Origin: a virus
Lineage: Duplodnaviria > Caudoviricetes
Length of the DNA: 64,000 nt
IMG/VR virus record: IMGVR_UViG_3300028886_000035
Coordinates: 32,001-96,000 of that record
Direction: 5' to 3' (one strand)
The position numbers were made by a program, and so were the translations under genes. Below, one piece after another: positions 10,389 through 20,275 of this stretch. How positions within the stretch are numbered: the first letter of the stretch is position 1; every line of letters begins with the position of its first letter. Under the pieces are notes generated by a model, which saw only the letters and a list, made by a program, of their open reading frames with translations, ran no database searches and was not told the origin of the DNA.

Positions 10389-11140
10389 TCGTTCTTATCC
10401 TTTTTAGATTTTTCCCACTCTATATTTTCAATTGGTTTTCTACAATATTTACAAAAATCGTTCTTGTGAGTATAAAAATTACAGATTGTCTCATCTGTAA
10501 CTGAATCATCATATATATCTAATATGTCACCATCTTTTACTACAAAATTTTCATTAAAATAGTCATTAAATATATCTATATATGCTTGTATTGGGCATAA
10601 AAACAATTTCCCATCTTTTAGTTGTATACTTTCCCAATGTATCATACAACAATCAAATTCTGTTTGTTTTGCTTCATGTGTTAATATATGTTTTCTTAAA
10701 ATTTTTGTATATTGTTTTTTATTAAAATCTTTTGTTCTAATTCCTTCTATTTCTAACAATTTGAATATACCTTTATAATCAATGTTTACAGGATATTTAG
10801 TTATTTCAACTAAAATATCATATTTTTTTATATACGGTAATAACTCATGTAATCTTTGTAACAAAAGTAATCCATTAGTCAAAAAAGAAATATTTGTATT
10901 AGGGCTAATCTCTTTTATAGCATCAAAAAATAAACATATATTTTTATGTAATAATGGCTCCCCACCAAATATCCTAACATTATCCACATTAATTTTATTA
11001 GTTAATTGTTTAAAATCTTTTTTAAATTCTTCAACATTAGCAAACCATGATTTTGACAATGGGGCAAAATGAGCACACCCTTTACAATTTAAATTACAAT
11101 GGTTTGTAATATGATATTCTATCATTCTAAGATGTTTCAT
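10376..11140 (-). CDS. Radical SAM protein (polysaccharide-locus type), paralog of 7707
   Basis: CNLNCKGCAHFAPL, FGGEPLLH, LTNG, FCKYC. Confidence 0.85.
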   Translation of the reverse strand: MKHLRMIEYHITNHCNLNCKGCAHFAPLSKSWFANVEEFKKDFKQLTNKINVDNVRIFGGEPLLHKNICLFFDAIKEISPNTNISFLTNGLLLLQRLHELLPYIKKYDILVEITKYPVNIDYKGIFKLLEIEGIRTKDFNKKQYTKILRKHILTHEAKQTEFDCCMIHWESIQLKDGKLFLCPIQAYIDIFNDYFNENFVVKDGDILDIYDDSVTDETICNFYTHKNDFCKYCRKPIENIEWEKSKKDKNEWME

Positions 11141-11145
11141 AAAAT

Positions 11146-12387
11146 TTAGACTCCCTTATCTAATATTTTTTTTATTAACGATATTTTACTTAAATTCTGC
11201 CAAGTTGTATCGTCTGTTCTAAAAATATTAATTTTTACATTTTCAATATTTACAATTTTATCTAATGGAAAATACATCCATATATTTTTAACTAATTCTT
11301 TATCAGCAATTGAATTTGCATTTTTATTAATAGCATATGAATTTTTATAAACATATAAGCAACCTGGATTTAATACACAATCTTTAATTTTATTTAAAAT
11401 TATTTTGCTATCTTCTCCAACGATAAGCCAATCAAAAGCATTTTTTATATCAAATATACTAGTTCCAATAGTAAACTGTTTTGGATTTATATTTTTATTA
11501 TTAGTTGATATACAAACCTCATCAACTTTTTTTAATTGCTCCATTTTTAATTCATTCCATTTATAATTATTTTTTTTATAATCTTCTTTAGTAATAAGTT
11601 TTACGTTGTTTAATTTAATATTATCATTTTTTAATAACATATTAAATACTGTTTTACTCATATATGTAATATTTTCATTATCCATCGCCATTGGCAATCC
11701 TAATCTTGCTCCACAAAATTGACACCAATACATTTGTTTTTGATAACTAGTTTCTTTCCACCAATCTTTTTGAACTTTGAATCCTGTATTACCATCATAT
11801 AGCATGTCCATAGCTCCAGCCATTTCACAAAAAAAAGCACCATGATTATTAATTACTGCTCCACAATCATTATTTACCCAACAATTTTTACTTTGCTTAA
11901 TAAATTCTTCATCAGATATTCCAAGGTCTTTATAATAAACCATAGTTGTAAAATGATTAGTATAATTACTATGGTCATTACATCTTAAAGAATGAAATGT
12001 ATCATCAATATCTTCAAAATAATCATAAAACTGCTTTGGAACACTTGTAAATAATCTTAGTTTACCATTATTATCAGGCATAGTATTTAAAGCATAATCA
12101 TATATATCACTAATTGGATAACGAAAAAATCCATACTTTTTTTTGTATTTCGTTTGTAAATATTTCATTATTTCTTTAAAAAATGGATGTAATAATGGTT
12201 CTCCACCCATAATTGATATTTGCCCATTCCAATTATCCAATGAATCTATTGCATTTTTTACATCATGCAAATTCATAAAATATGGATTATTATTCAATTG
12301 ACAAAATCTCATACAATTAGCACATTTATTTACACATGAATTTGTAATATCTATCAAAATAGATTTTTTATCTTTAATTAATTTCAT
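11146..12387 (-). CDS. Radical SAM protein
   Basis: CVNKCANC, MGGEPLLHP, CW...FFCE...WCQFCG auxiliary cysteines. Confidence 0.85.
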   Translation of the reverse strand: MKLIKDKKSILIDITNSCVNKCANCMRFCQLNNNPYFMNLHDVKNAIDSLDNWNGQISIMGGEPLLHPFFKEIMKYLQTKYKKKYGFFRYPISDIYDYALNTMPDNNGKLRLFTSVPKQFYDYFEDIDDTFHSLRCNDHSNYTNHFTTMVYYKDLGISDEEFIKQSKNCWVNNDCGAVINNHGAFFCEMAGAMDMLYDGNTGFKVQKDWWKETSYQKQMYWCQFCGARLGLPMAMDNENITYMSKTVFNMLLKNDNIKLNNVKLITKEDYKKNNYKWNELKMEQLKKVDEVCISTNNKNINPKQFTIGTSIFDIKNAFDWLIVGEDSKIILNKIKDCVLNPGCLYVYKNSYAINKNANSIADKELVKNIWMYFPLDKIVNIENVKINIFRTDDTTWQNLSKISLIKKILDKGV

Positions 12388-12392
12388 TATAA

Positions 12393-13982
12393 TTATTCCT
12401 TATACGAAACTTTATTTTCAATAATTAACCCATCTAATTTTTCTTGATACATTCTATACATATCACTAAAATAATTAAAAATTGGTAATCCACTATCATT
12501 AAACGATGTATTAATTAAAATTGCAACTCCTGTTTTGTTGCCAAACGCATATAACAAATTATATAACCATTTATCATCTTTTTCACTAACTGTTTGTATA
12601 CGAATTGTTCCATCTTTATGTATAGCACCTAACAAATTATCAATTTTAGGTTTAGCTAAAATATTCATATATGGAACTTGAATATTAATGTCAAAATATT
12701 CACTTATTTTATCATCAGGTACAATAATTCCGTATGGTCTATACCATTCTCTACCTTTAATGGTATTTAATCTATCATGCATTTCTTTATGAAATGGAGA
12801 AGCCAATATACTACGTCTACCTAACGCCCTAGCTCCCATTTCTATGTTACCACGACAAACGCCAACAATTTTATCATCATTTAATTTATCAACAAGCTCA
12901 TCTATATCGAATGTTTTAAATTTATTTTGTTTTCTCTCAAAAATTTCTTTTTCTTCCATATTATTCGTACAAGAATAATTATTTGATGAAATATATTTCA
13001 ATTCATCAGGTTTATAATGCAATAAATAATTTAAAACTGCACCGTATGACTGTCCTGTATCTGCAACTATAGGAGTATAATATACATGGTTAAACCAATT
13101 GGTTTTTTCAATCATATAATTTAGCATACAATTCATAGCGCAACCGCCCGAAAATACTAAATTATCACTTTCATGACGATATTGAGCCAATTCTCTCATT
13201 ATCCAATCAATCCATAATTTTTGCATTGTATATGCTAAATCATACTTATCAAATTCTTTACTTTGTTCATCCAAAAAATTATAAATATATGTTTCAATCG
13301 CTTCTTTATCTTCCCATATATTCCAATTTACATCTTTTATTGCTTTTTCAAAATCATCAATATTTTTAATCTGAACAAAATTATTAGATAAACCTGCATA
13401 AGCCATAAATTTTCCTTCTAAACCTTGTTCGTACTTATGACGCTTATCTAAAAAATAACAAGAAAGAACTTCATAATACATACCATAAGAAAATTTCTGT
13501 TCTTGATATAATTTTGTTAATTTATTATTTTGCCAATGATAGAAAGCATGATTTCCATCACCTTTACCATCTATAGATAAGCAAAGTGCGTCCTTTAAAT
13601 TATTTTCAATTATAGCAGGTAACACATGGTTTTCTTGATGATGGAATTTAATTACATCACAACGTTCCAACATTTTAACAAAATCATATGATTCTTTTTT
13701 CAAATACCCATCTTTAAATGTTTTATAATTCCAACAAACTACATCAAAATGGTCTACACCAAATTGTTCTTTGATAATTTTTTGACATTTATATAAATTA
13801 TTACGAAGTTTATCGTTATAAATTCTATCTATTTCAGGCATATAATCAATTATATCTGAATGAAAAGAAAAATGCTTCTTTTTTAAGAATTTTTCTAATT
13901 CAATATATTTTAATTCTTTTGTATCTGTATTATAATATGTAACATTATAGTCTTGATAACATTGTATTCCTAGAATTTTCAT
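12393..13982 (-). CDS. Carbamoyltransferase (NodU/CmcH/TobZ family)
   Basis: HHQENH, IDGKG, SGGCAMN, EMGARALGRRSIL, KGREWYRP, HKDGTIRIQTV, INTSFN. Confidence 0.92.
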   Translation of the reverse strand: MKILGIQCYQDYNVTYYNTDTKELKYIELEKFLKKKHFSFHSDIIDYMPEIDRIYNDKLRNNLYKCQKIIKEQFGVDHFDVVCWNYKTFKDGYLKKESYDFVKMLERCDVIKFHHQENHVLPAIIENNLKDALCLSIDGKGDGNHAFYHWQNNKLTKLYQEQKFSYGMYYEVLSCYFLDKRHKYEQGLEGKFMAYAGLSNNFVQIKNIDDFEKAIKDVNWNIWEDKEAIETYIYNFLDEQSKEFDKYDLAYTMQKLWIDWIMRELAQYRHESDNLVFSGGCAMNCMLNYMIEKTNWFNHVYYTPIVADTGQSYGAVLNYLLHYKPDELKYISSNNYSCTNNMEEKEIFERKQNKFKTFDIDELVDKLNDDKIVGVCRGNIEMGARALGRRSILASPFHKEMHDRLNTIKGREWYRPYGIIVPDDKISEYFDINIQVPYMNILAKPKIDNLLGAIHKDGTIRIQTVSEKDDKWLYNLLYAFGNKTGVAILINTSFNDSGLPIFNYFSDMYRMYQEKLDGLIIENKVSYKE

Positions 13983-13997
13983 ATATCCAACTTCTTT

Positions 13998-14909
13998 CTA
14001 AAACAATGATAAAAATTCATCATTTGATTGCATAAATAATTTTTCTTCAAAATATTGTTTTTCTTTGTTTGTAAAAATATATGTATTATTATCATCTAAA
14101 TCCAAATAATTCATATATTCACTTAAACCATCATAAAACTTTTTGTTTTTTGGTAAATACTGTGATTCTTTCCCCAATAAAATAAATTCAAACATTAATT
14201 TACCAATATTTTCGTAATATCTCGCACCATCATCTGTGTATAAATTATCATTATTTTTTTTATCATATCTATAATATAAATATTTTTTATAATCAAACGG
14301 TTTAATATTATTACCATTTATTTTATTTTTATAATAATCTTCTGCAATTAAAATATCATTTTTTGTTGTAGATAACTTCTTTAATTTTTCTATTCGTTCT
14401 TTAGAAAATTTCATATACCAAATAAAATTATCTTCCACAAATTTAGAATTATATTGATTGCAAACTGTCAAAACTTTGTGTTCCTTTATATAATTTATTT
14501 CATCATTGTATATTGTTAAATCTTTTTGTTGTTTTTTATATATAAATGCAGGATATAATAAAATCTCTTGTTTTGCAGATTGTTTAAAACGATTATTTTT
14601 TTGCAATTTGATTATTTCTGAACTTATGATATTTATATCACCTTTTATATTATAAGTCATTTTTTTATGTTTAATGATACTTGTATTTCCATACGTATCC
14701 ATGTATTTTCCAACCCATAAAGGCAAATAACAAATACCATCACCAAATGCTAAATATTCCCTAAATCGTCTTAACAAATTTTTATCTTCGTATAAAATAA
14801 TAAATCTTACATCATGATTTGTAAACTTTCTTAAATTATAAAATGTATCTTCAAATGATGTATAAGCTCCATTTAATTCATAAAACAAATAAATTAAGTT
14901 AATTTTCAT
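13998..14909 (-). CDS. Putative divergent GT-B glycosyltransferase (EX7E family member 2)
   Basis: ENIGKLMFE; NGAYTS, KFSKER and DGLSEY shared with 8542 and 41406. Confidence 0.45.
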   Translation of the reverse strand: MKINLIYLFYELNGAYTSFEDTFYNLRKFTNHDVRFIILYEDKNLLRRFREYLAFGDGICYLPLWVGKYMDTYGNTSIIKHKKMTYNIKGDINIISSEIIKLQKNNRFKQSAKQEILLYPAFIYKKQQKDLTIYNDEINYIKEHKVLTVCNQYNSKFVEDNFIWYMKFSKERIEKLKKLSTTKNDILIAEDYYKNKINGNNIKPFDYKKYLYYRYDKKNNDNLYTDDGARYYENIGKLMFEFILLGKESQYLPKNKKFYDGLSEYMNYLDLDDNNTYIFTNKEKQYFEEKLFMQSNDEFLSLF

Positions 14910-16044
14910 CGTCTACACTCTCAATACATTCATTGATTTTTTTCATAATATTATTTATATCATATTTTTTTGCTTCGTCTAAACAATTTTGTCTCATATT
15001 AGATTTGCCAATCTTCATAATTTTATCCATATTTTCATCAAAATTATTATCGATTAACCATCCATTATATCCATCTTTAATAAGGTAATTCATTACTTTA
15101 CATTCTTTAAACCCAACTATGGGTACACCATACGATAATGCTTCTATAATAACTGTCGGCAATCCTTCATATTTTGATGGAACAACCAAAACATCTGCAT
15201 TTTTGTAAAATGCACTTACATTTTCTTGATAACCGTAATAATGTATATTTGGATAATTATATTTATCCATATCTATATATCCAAAACCTTTATAACTATA
15301 TCCGACTACATCACATTCATAATCTGTATTTTTAACCCAATCTAACAATATATGTGTTCTTTTTGTATCACTATTAATACGCCCAACATATAATATTTTA
15401 TTTCTATTAGATTTAATATCAATATTATTCGGGATATCTATGCAATTATAAAAGACAACCGACTTTTCTTTATATTTTTCACTTATATATTGCGGTAATA
15501 AAAAAGCCAATATATCACAATTTTTTAATACTAATTCATATAAACTTTTTTCATCTTTTAAAATTTCTTGTTTACGAATATAATCCATAGCACGAATATG
15601 AGTAATAGTATCCATCATAAACTGCGGTTCATTATGAAAAAACATAATAATTGGTATTTTAGAAACTTTTGATATAATTGTCCAAAATAATGCATCTTGT
15701 CCACAACTAGCATTACAAAATATACATTTAGGTTTTATATTTCTAATTTTAACTACATAATCATTAATTAGTCCACGAGATAAATATGTATTTATATTTG
15801 TATGTATTGTAACATTATCAATATCAACACATTTTTCTCCTGAAATAAATAAATGGACATTATATTTTTTGCTCAATTCATTGCAAATTTTTAATGTATA
15901 TCTTTCTGCTCCCCACAAATAATTATGTGTTTCTCTTTTACCCATACTATTTGTAACGACTACTGTATTATTGTCACCTATATATGTATCAAATTTATTT
16001 CCTATCATAAATTGCAATAGAAACATATCATTTTTTGTATTCAC
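14899..16044 (-). CDS. Glycosyltransferase family 4 (GT-B)
   Basis: WGAER, LYVGRI, PSKYEGLPTVIIEALSYGVP, IKDGYNG. Confidence 0.9.
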   Translation of the reverse strand: MNTKNDMFLLQFMIGNKFDTYIGDNNTVVVTNSMGKRETHNYLWGAERYTLKICNELSKKYNVHLFISGEKCVDIDNVTIHTNINTYLSRGLINDYVVKIRNIKPKCIFCNASCGQDALFWTIISKVSKIPIIMFFHNEPQFMMDTITHIRAMDYIRKQEILKDEKSLYELVLKNCDILAFLLPQYISEKYKEKSVVFYNCIDIPNNIDIKSNRNKILYVGRINSDTKRTHILLDWVKNTDYECDVVGYSYKGFGYIDMDKYNYPNIHYYGYQENVSAFYKNADVLVVPSKYEGLPTVIIEALSYGVPIVGFKECKVMNYLIKDGYNGWLIDNNFDENMDKIMKIGKSNMRQNCLDEAKKYDINNIMKKINECIESVDDEN

Positions 16045-16867
16045 GGCAAGCCATCCTCAAAAGTTTAGTTTCGTATTCTTTATTTATTCTATCTTCTGCA
16101 TACATCTTCCAAATTTCACCAAATAAAGAACTTTTCTTCCACGGTTTAGGATTACTAGCAAAATGTAAAATTCGTATATTATCAGATTTTATTTTTTCAC
16201 CATAAATACGAATTAATTCATTAAACCTATATTTGCTATATGTATTAGCTAAAAAATTATATCCATAACTAATATATTTTATTTTCCCTAAAAATGCTTT
16301 ATTTAAAACATCTTGCTCCCATAAAAAACCTTTATTTTCTTTTAGTTCTTTATTCAATTCGTCATAATAAACATACATTGTTTTATCTTTATCTATTATA
16401 CTTTCTCTAATCTTTTTTAAATTAAAATACACATTACCTGCATTAAAATATGAAAATCCATTTATTTTGTCTCTTACTGCTCCACAAAAATAATCTGATA
16501 TATTGATATTAAATATATCAGATATATCTTTTATAACAATAGTATCTGAATCAATATGAAATACTGTATCACAATCTAATAAATTATGTAACAATAATTT
16601 GTAATATACAACACCTGCATTATCATCTGATACAAAAATATTTTTATCTATATAAATTGGTATTATATGAAAATCATCACTATCTAAACTTTTAATATCC
16701 TGTATATCTTTAAATTCTATACATAATAAATAAACATCGTAACAAATGTCACGATGTTTATTGAATTTCAATGATTTCATTGAAATATATGTTTGAAATA
16801 GATAAGATTGATTTGTCATATAAACTATATTAAAACAGTTTTCCTGACAACTCATAATAAGCCTCAC
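16028..16867 (-). CDS. Glycosyltransferase family 8
   Basis: HIDSDTIV, YFNAG, EQDVLN, LHFASNPKPW. Confidence 0.88.
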   Translation of the reverse strand: MRLIMSCQENCFNIVYMTNQSYLFQTYISMKSLKFNKHRDICYDVYLLCIEFKDIQDIKSLDSDDFHIIPIYIDKNIFVSDDNAGVVYYKLLLHNLLDCDTVFHIDSDTIVIKDISDIFNINISDYFCGAVRDKINGFSYFNAGNVYFNLKKIRESIIDKDKTMYVYYDELNKELKENKGFLWEQDVLNKAFLGKIKYISYGYNFLANTYSKYRFNELIRIYGEKIKSDNIRILHFASNPKPWKKSSLFGEIWKMYAEDRINKEYETKLLRMACREYKK

Positions 16868-17465
16868 TAATTTCTTGTTTTGTCTTTGCAGCTTTAATCT
16901 TTTCTTTATATTCTTTATATTTCATATAAACTGCATCAATAGCATTAAAATCATCAAGAGAATCAAGATATTCTGAAAGTTTTTCTAGTGTTTCTGTATC
17001 GCCACTATTAATTACTTCCAAATATTTTTCTTCCCTATTTTCATCTGTAATAAAGAAACCTTTAGCTTCAAGATAATGGTTTAATTTAAAGAAATGATAT
17101 AATTCAAAATTAGAAATCATTAATTGATTACTAATTAATTCATTAATCATTCTTAATGTTTTTTCTTTATAAGCATCTAAAACATCTTCGTCTGTTTCTT
17201 CTTGTAATTGTTCTACCTTAATTAAATCAGATACATCATATACTTTACTAGCATCTATTTCTCCATCAATATAAATAAGCATACGTGGTTCACGATGTTC
17301 CAAATCTAATTCTTGAACAACATAAGTATATGCTTCTGGTGTTAACCAAACATATTCTTTATTACTTAGCAAAACTTGTTCCATATCTAATTTCTGAAAT
17401 GGTTCAATTAAAAAATTTTTACCATCTTGTTCAAGAGTTTTACAAAAAAAATTCATTGTCGCCAT
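16830..17465 (-). CDS. Hypothetical protein coupled to the Cys-rich/rSAM module
   Basis: 211 aa, helical C-terminus FFITDENREEKYLEVI; overlaps both neighbours. Confidence 0.65.
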   Translation of the reverse strand: MATMNFFCKTLEQDGKNFLIEPFQKLDMEQVLLSNKEYVWLTPEAYTYVVQELDLEHREPRMLIYIDGEIDASKVYDVSDLIKVEQLQEETDEDVLDAYKEKTLRMINELISNQLMISNFELYHFFKLNHYLEAKGFFITDENREEKYLEVINSGDTETLEKLSEYLDSLDDFNAIDAVYMKYKEYKEKIKAAKTKQEISEAYYELSGKLF

Positions 17466-17731
17466 TATTCTGTCTCCTTATTAATTTCTTCAATAATACT
17501 ATCAATATTTTTTTCTTCTTTTTCTTCTTTTAATTGTACGTTTTCATCATAGTCTAATCCATATTTTCTTCCCATACTTATCATAGACATAGATATAATA
17601 CTATTAATAGCTTGATATGCAACCTTATCTAACGGATAAATCATTTGACGAGCCATTTCTAAAAAATTTCGTTCCGTCAACATAAATTCCAAAATTTTCT
17701 GTTTTTCTTCTTTTGTTTGTTCTTTTATCAA
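17465..17731 (-). CDS. Small hypothetical protein
   Basis: 88 aa, TTG start after AGGA. Confidence 0.55.
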   Translation of the reverse strand: MIKEQTKEEKQKILEFMLTERNFLEMARQMIYPLDKVAYQAINSIISMSMISMGRKYGLDYDENVQLKEEKEEKNIDSIIEEINKETE

Positions 17732-17752
17732 AATACTATATCCTTTCTTATA

Positions 17753-19138
17753 TTATACAATATATTGATATGAATAGCACCAACCACGAACTTTAACAAC
17801 ATAACAAGCACAGGAAGCTTCATGTCCAAAACAAGAGCAATAATTACAATTGCAAACACATAAACTAGAAATTAAATTGATAGCTTTCATAAAATATGTT
17901 GCTACATTCGTACCTGCAATATTTAATGTATATTCACCTCTTGTAATTCCTAAAGGATTCATACAAAATCTTGCTACTGTAATATTTGATTCTTGTGAAA
18001 AATTCCTTGTTTCTATCTGTTTTATTGGATTACCATTAACATCTTTCATAATGTTACCGTTTTTATCTTTAACCACGGTTTCTCTTGTACCAATACAATT
18101 TTGAACAAACATTGGGTCAATATCACCTGCTTCAGATATTCCACCTAATAAAGCAGTTCTCCATCTGTACACATAAGTATATAGGTCTGAAGGTATATAT
18201 CCAAATACATCAAATGCAGGTTTTCTAATGCCATCATCATAAGTTACATACTTAACATAATCTATATTGCCATATGGTCTGCGTTTAGGTTGATATATAA
18301 CACCCCCACCTAAATTATATATTGGTTGCGTTGAATATCCATAAATATCACTTGTTAGTAGATTGTCTGGTTCATGTGCAGAAACAACAGTATTGCCTTC
18401 AATATTGTTTATTTCATCTTGCTGTATTCCTGAATGTCGATATACATATTCTCTCATATCTGAACCTGTAAACCAGTTATTCCCTTTATGTGAACCAACA
18501 TTTATTTCAGAAGCATTAGGATTATAATCTAATTGAGCGAAATCAGGTTCATTCTTTGCAGATGTATTAACGGTAGTTGAAGAACCACCACTACTATAAG
18601 TTATAATACTGTCACTTTTATCTACTGACAATGGGAACGTTTGTATAGGCAATCTATCATTAACAGAACTTGATGCTTTAGCTGGTAACTCAATTTTAAA
18701 TAATGTCAATATATCAGAAAAAATTTTTTCTATATCACTTTGGCGTATTTTGTCACCACTAGCCATATATCCACTATGCCCATTTTGGGAATCCAATTGA
18801 GCACTCATTGGTTGCAAAGTTCCTGGTCCATTCATAAAATTATTTCTTAACATAAATTCTTGGCGAATTTTAATTAGCAAAGCATTCCATTCATCATTTG
18901 TAATTGGATTATCATCAAAATTTTCTCTCAATCTAGTTGAACGCCTTTGATAGCTATGATTTGCTAAATATGATTGTGAACTACTATCGAATGTTGACCA
19001 CAAACTAGTGGAAAATTCATAGTCTTTATCACCACCTGGTGTACCATATGGTTTGCATATAGGAAATTTTCCTGTTGGGTCAGGAACATATTGATAAAAT
19101 CCGTCGCCTTTAAATCTATTTGCTATTTGTACTGACAT
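17753..19138 (-). CDS. Large protein with Cys-rich C-terminus (CVCNCNYCSC...SCAC...WC); candidate rSAM/SPASM substrate, possibly a virion fibre
   Basis: 8 Cys in the last ~35 residues; G/S/N-rich body; directly downstream of two SPASM rSAMs. Confidence 0.6.
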   Translation of the reverse strand: MSVQIANRFKGDGFYQYVPDPTGKFPICKPYGTPGGDKDYEFSTSLWSTFDSSSQSYLANHSYQRRSTRLRENFDDNPITNDEWNALLIKIRQEFMLRNNFMNGPGTLQPMSAQLDSQNGHSGYMASGDKIRQSDIEKIFSDILTLFKIELPAKASSSVNDRLPIQTFPLSVDKSDSIITYSSGGSSTTVNTSAKNEPDFAQLDYNPNASEINVGSHKGNNWFTGSDMREYVYRHSGIQQDEINNIEGNTVVSAHEPDNLLTSDIYGYSTQPIYNLGGGVIYQPKRRPYGNIDYVKYVTYDDGIRKPAFDVFGYIPSDLYTYVYRWRTALLGGISEAGDIDPMFVQNCIGTRETVVKDKNGNIMKDVNGNPIKQIETRNFSQESNITVARFCMNPLGITRGEYTLNIAGTNVATYFMKAINLISSLCVCNCNYCSCFGHEASCACYVVKVRGWCYSYQYIV

Positions 19139-19198
19139 ATCTATATCAACTCCATTATATATTTATTTTCAAAAAATTGATTATCTATTTAATAAATA

Positions 19199-20275
19199 TT
19201 AATGAGTCAATTTATAATATGCTTTAATATAATCAGAGATTTTATTATATAATTTACAAACATCTTCTTTATTTGAATTATTCCATTGTTCTTTTTTACC
19301 ATTGCTATTTAAAGCATTACATCTAAAACAAAATATAGATTCACAATTAGAACATTTTTCATTTTTTTTAAACATATTGTTTGCAACTAAATAATTACAA
19401 TCTACCTTATGCAAAAAATTATCTTCAAAAATATTCGTATATACTAAATCTTGTTTCCCATACAAACAACCGTGACAATAAGATACATCACCATTCAAAT
19501 CTATTTGAAATGAATTATATCCACCTGAACAATCCGCATTACTATTTGGCTGGTCAAACCATAAAAATCCTGTTTGACCAAACTCTTTATTTTTCAAGAA
19601 ATAACGGATTAATTTAATAAACTGATTATTCATTTTATTATAATCCACATTGCCTACATTTAATGTATCTGGTGTTAACGCAAATGGAATTTTTTTCTTT
19701 AATTCTTTATTTAATTTCTCAAAATTCAAATATTGTTCAAATAAATGTTCTTCTAAATCATTAATTGTACACGTAGATTTTGTGCCAACATAAAAATCAT
19801 TTTCATCAAACCATTTTATTGCTTCTCGTACCATTTTATCTGTTTCTTCCGCACTATGATTTAATTGTATACGTTGATTATTTTCTATATTATGATAATC
19901 ATATGATACTTGAATCTGTAATCTTCTTCCTACGTGTTCTTTTATTTCTAATAAATCATTTTTATATGCTTGCACTAACGAACCATTTGTATACATGAAA
20001 AAGCTAACATCTTTATTATCATAAAATTCTGATATTATTTTTTTAATTTTATCAAAATAAACTGTTGGTTCTCCACCCCAAAATTCAATTCTTAGTTCAT
20101 TAACTTCTGCTAATTCATGTAATACTTCTATAATTCTGTCAAAAACATTTTGTGGAATACTTTCGTTTTTTTCAACTGCTCCATTTTTAACCTCAAAGCA
20201 ATATTTACAACGGAAATTACAACCGCTCCCCATATTAATAGAAACTGACATAGGTGTTTTCATAATTATTATCAT
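19199..20275 (-). CDS. Radical SAM/SPASM-domain protein
   Basis: CNFRCKYC, FWGGEP, YTNG; CSGG...YCHGC...CSNCESIFCFRC. Confidence 0.88.
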   Translation of the reverse strand: MIIIMKTPMSVSINMGSGCNFRCKYCFEVKNGAVEKNESIPQNVFDRIIEVLHELAEVNELRIEFWGGEPTVYFDKIKKIISEFYDNKDVSFFMYTNGSLVQAYKNDLLEIKEHVGRRLQIQVSYDYHNIENNQRIQLNHSAEETDKMVREAIKWFDENDFYVGTKSTCTINDLEEHLFEQYLNFEKLNKELKKKIPFALTPDTLNVGNVDYNKMNNQFIKLIRYFLKNKEFGQTGFLWFDQPNSNADCSGGYNSFQIDLNGDVSYCHGCLYGKQDLVYTNIFEDNFLHKVDCNYLVANNMFKKNEKCSNCESIFCFRCNALNSNGKKEQWNNSNKEDVCKLYNKISDYIKAYYKLTH

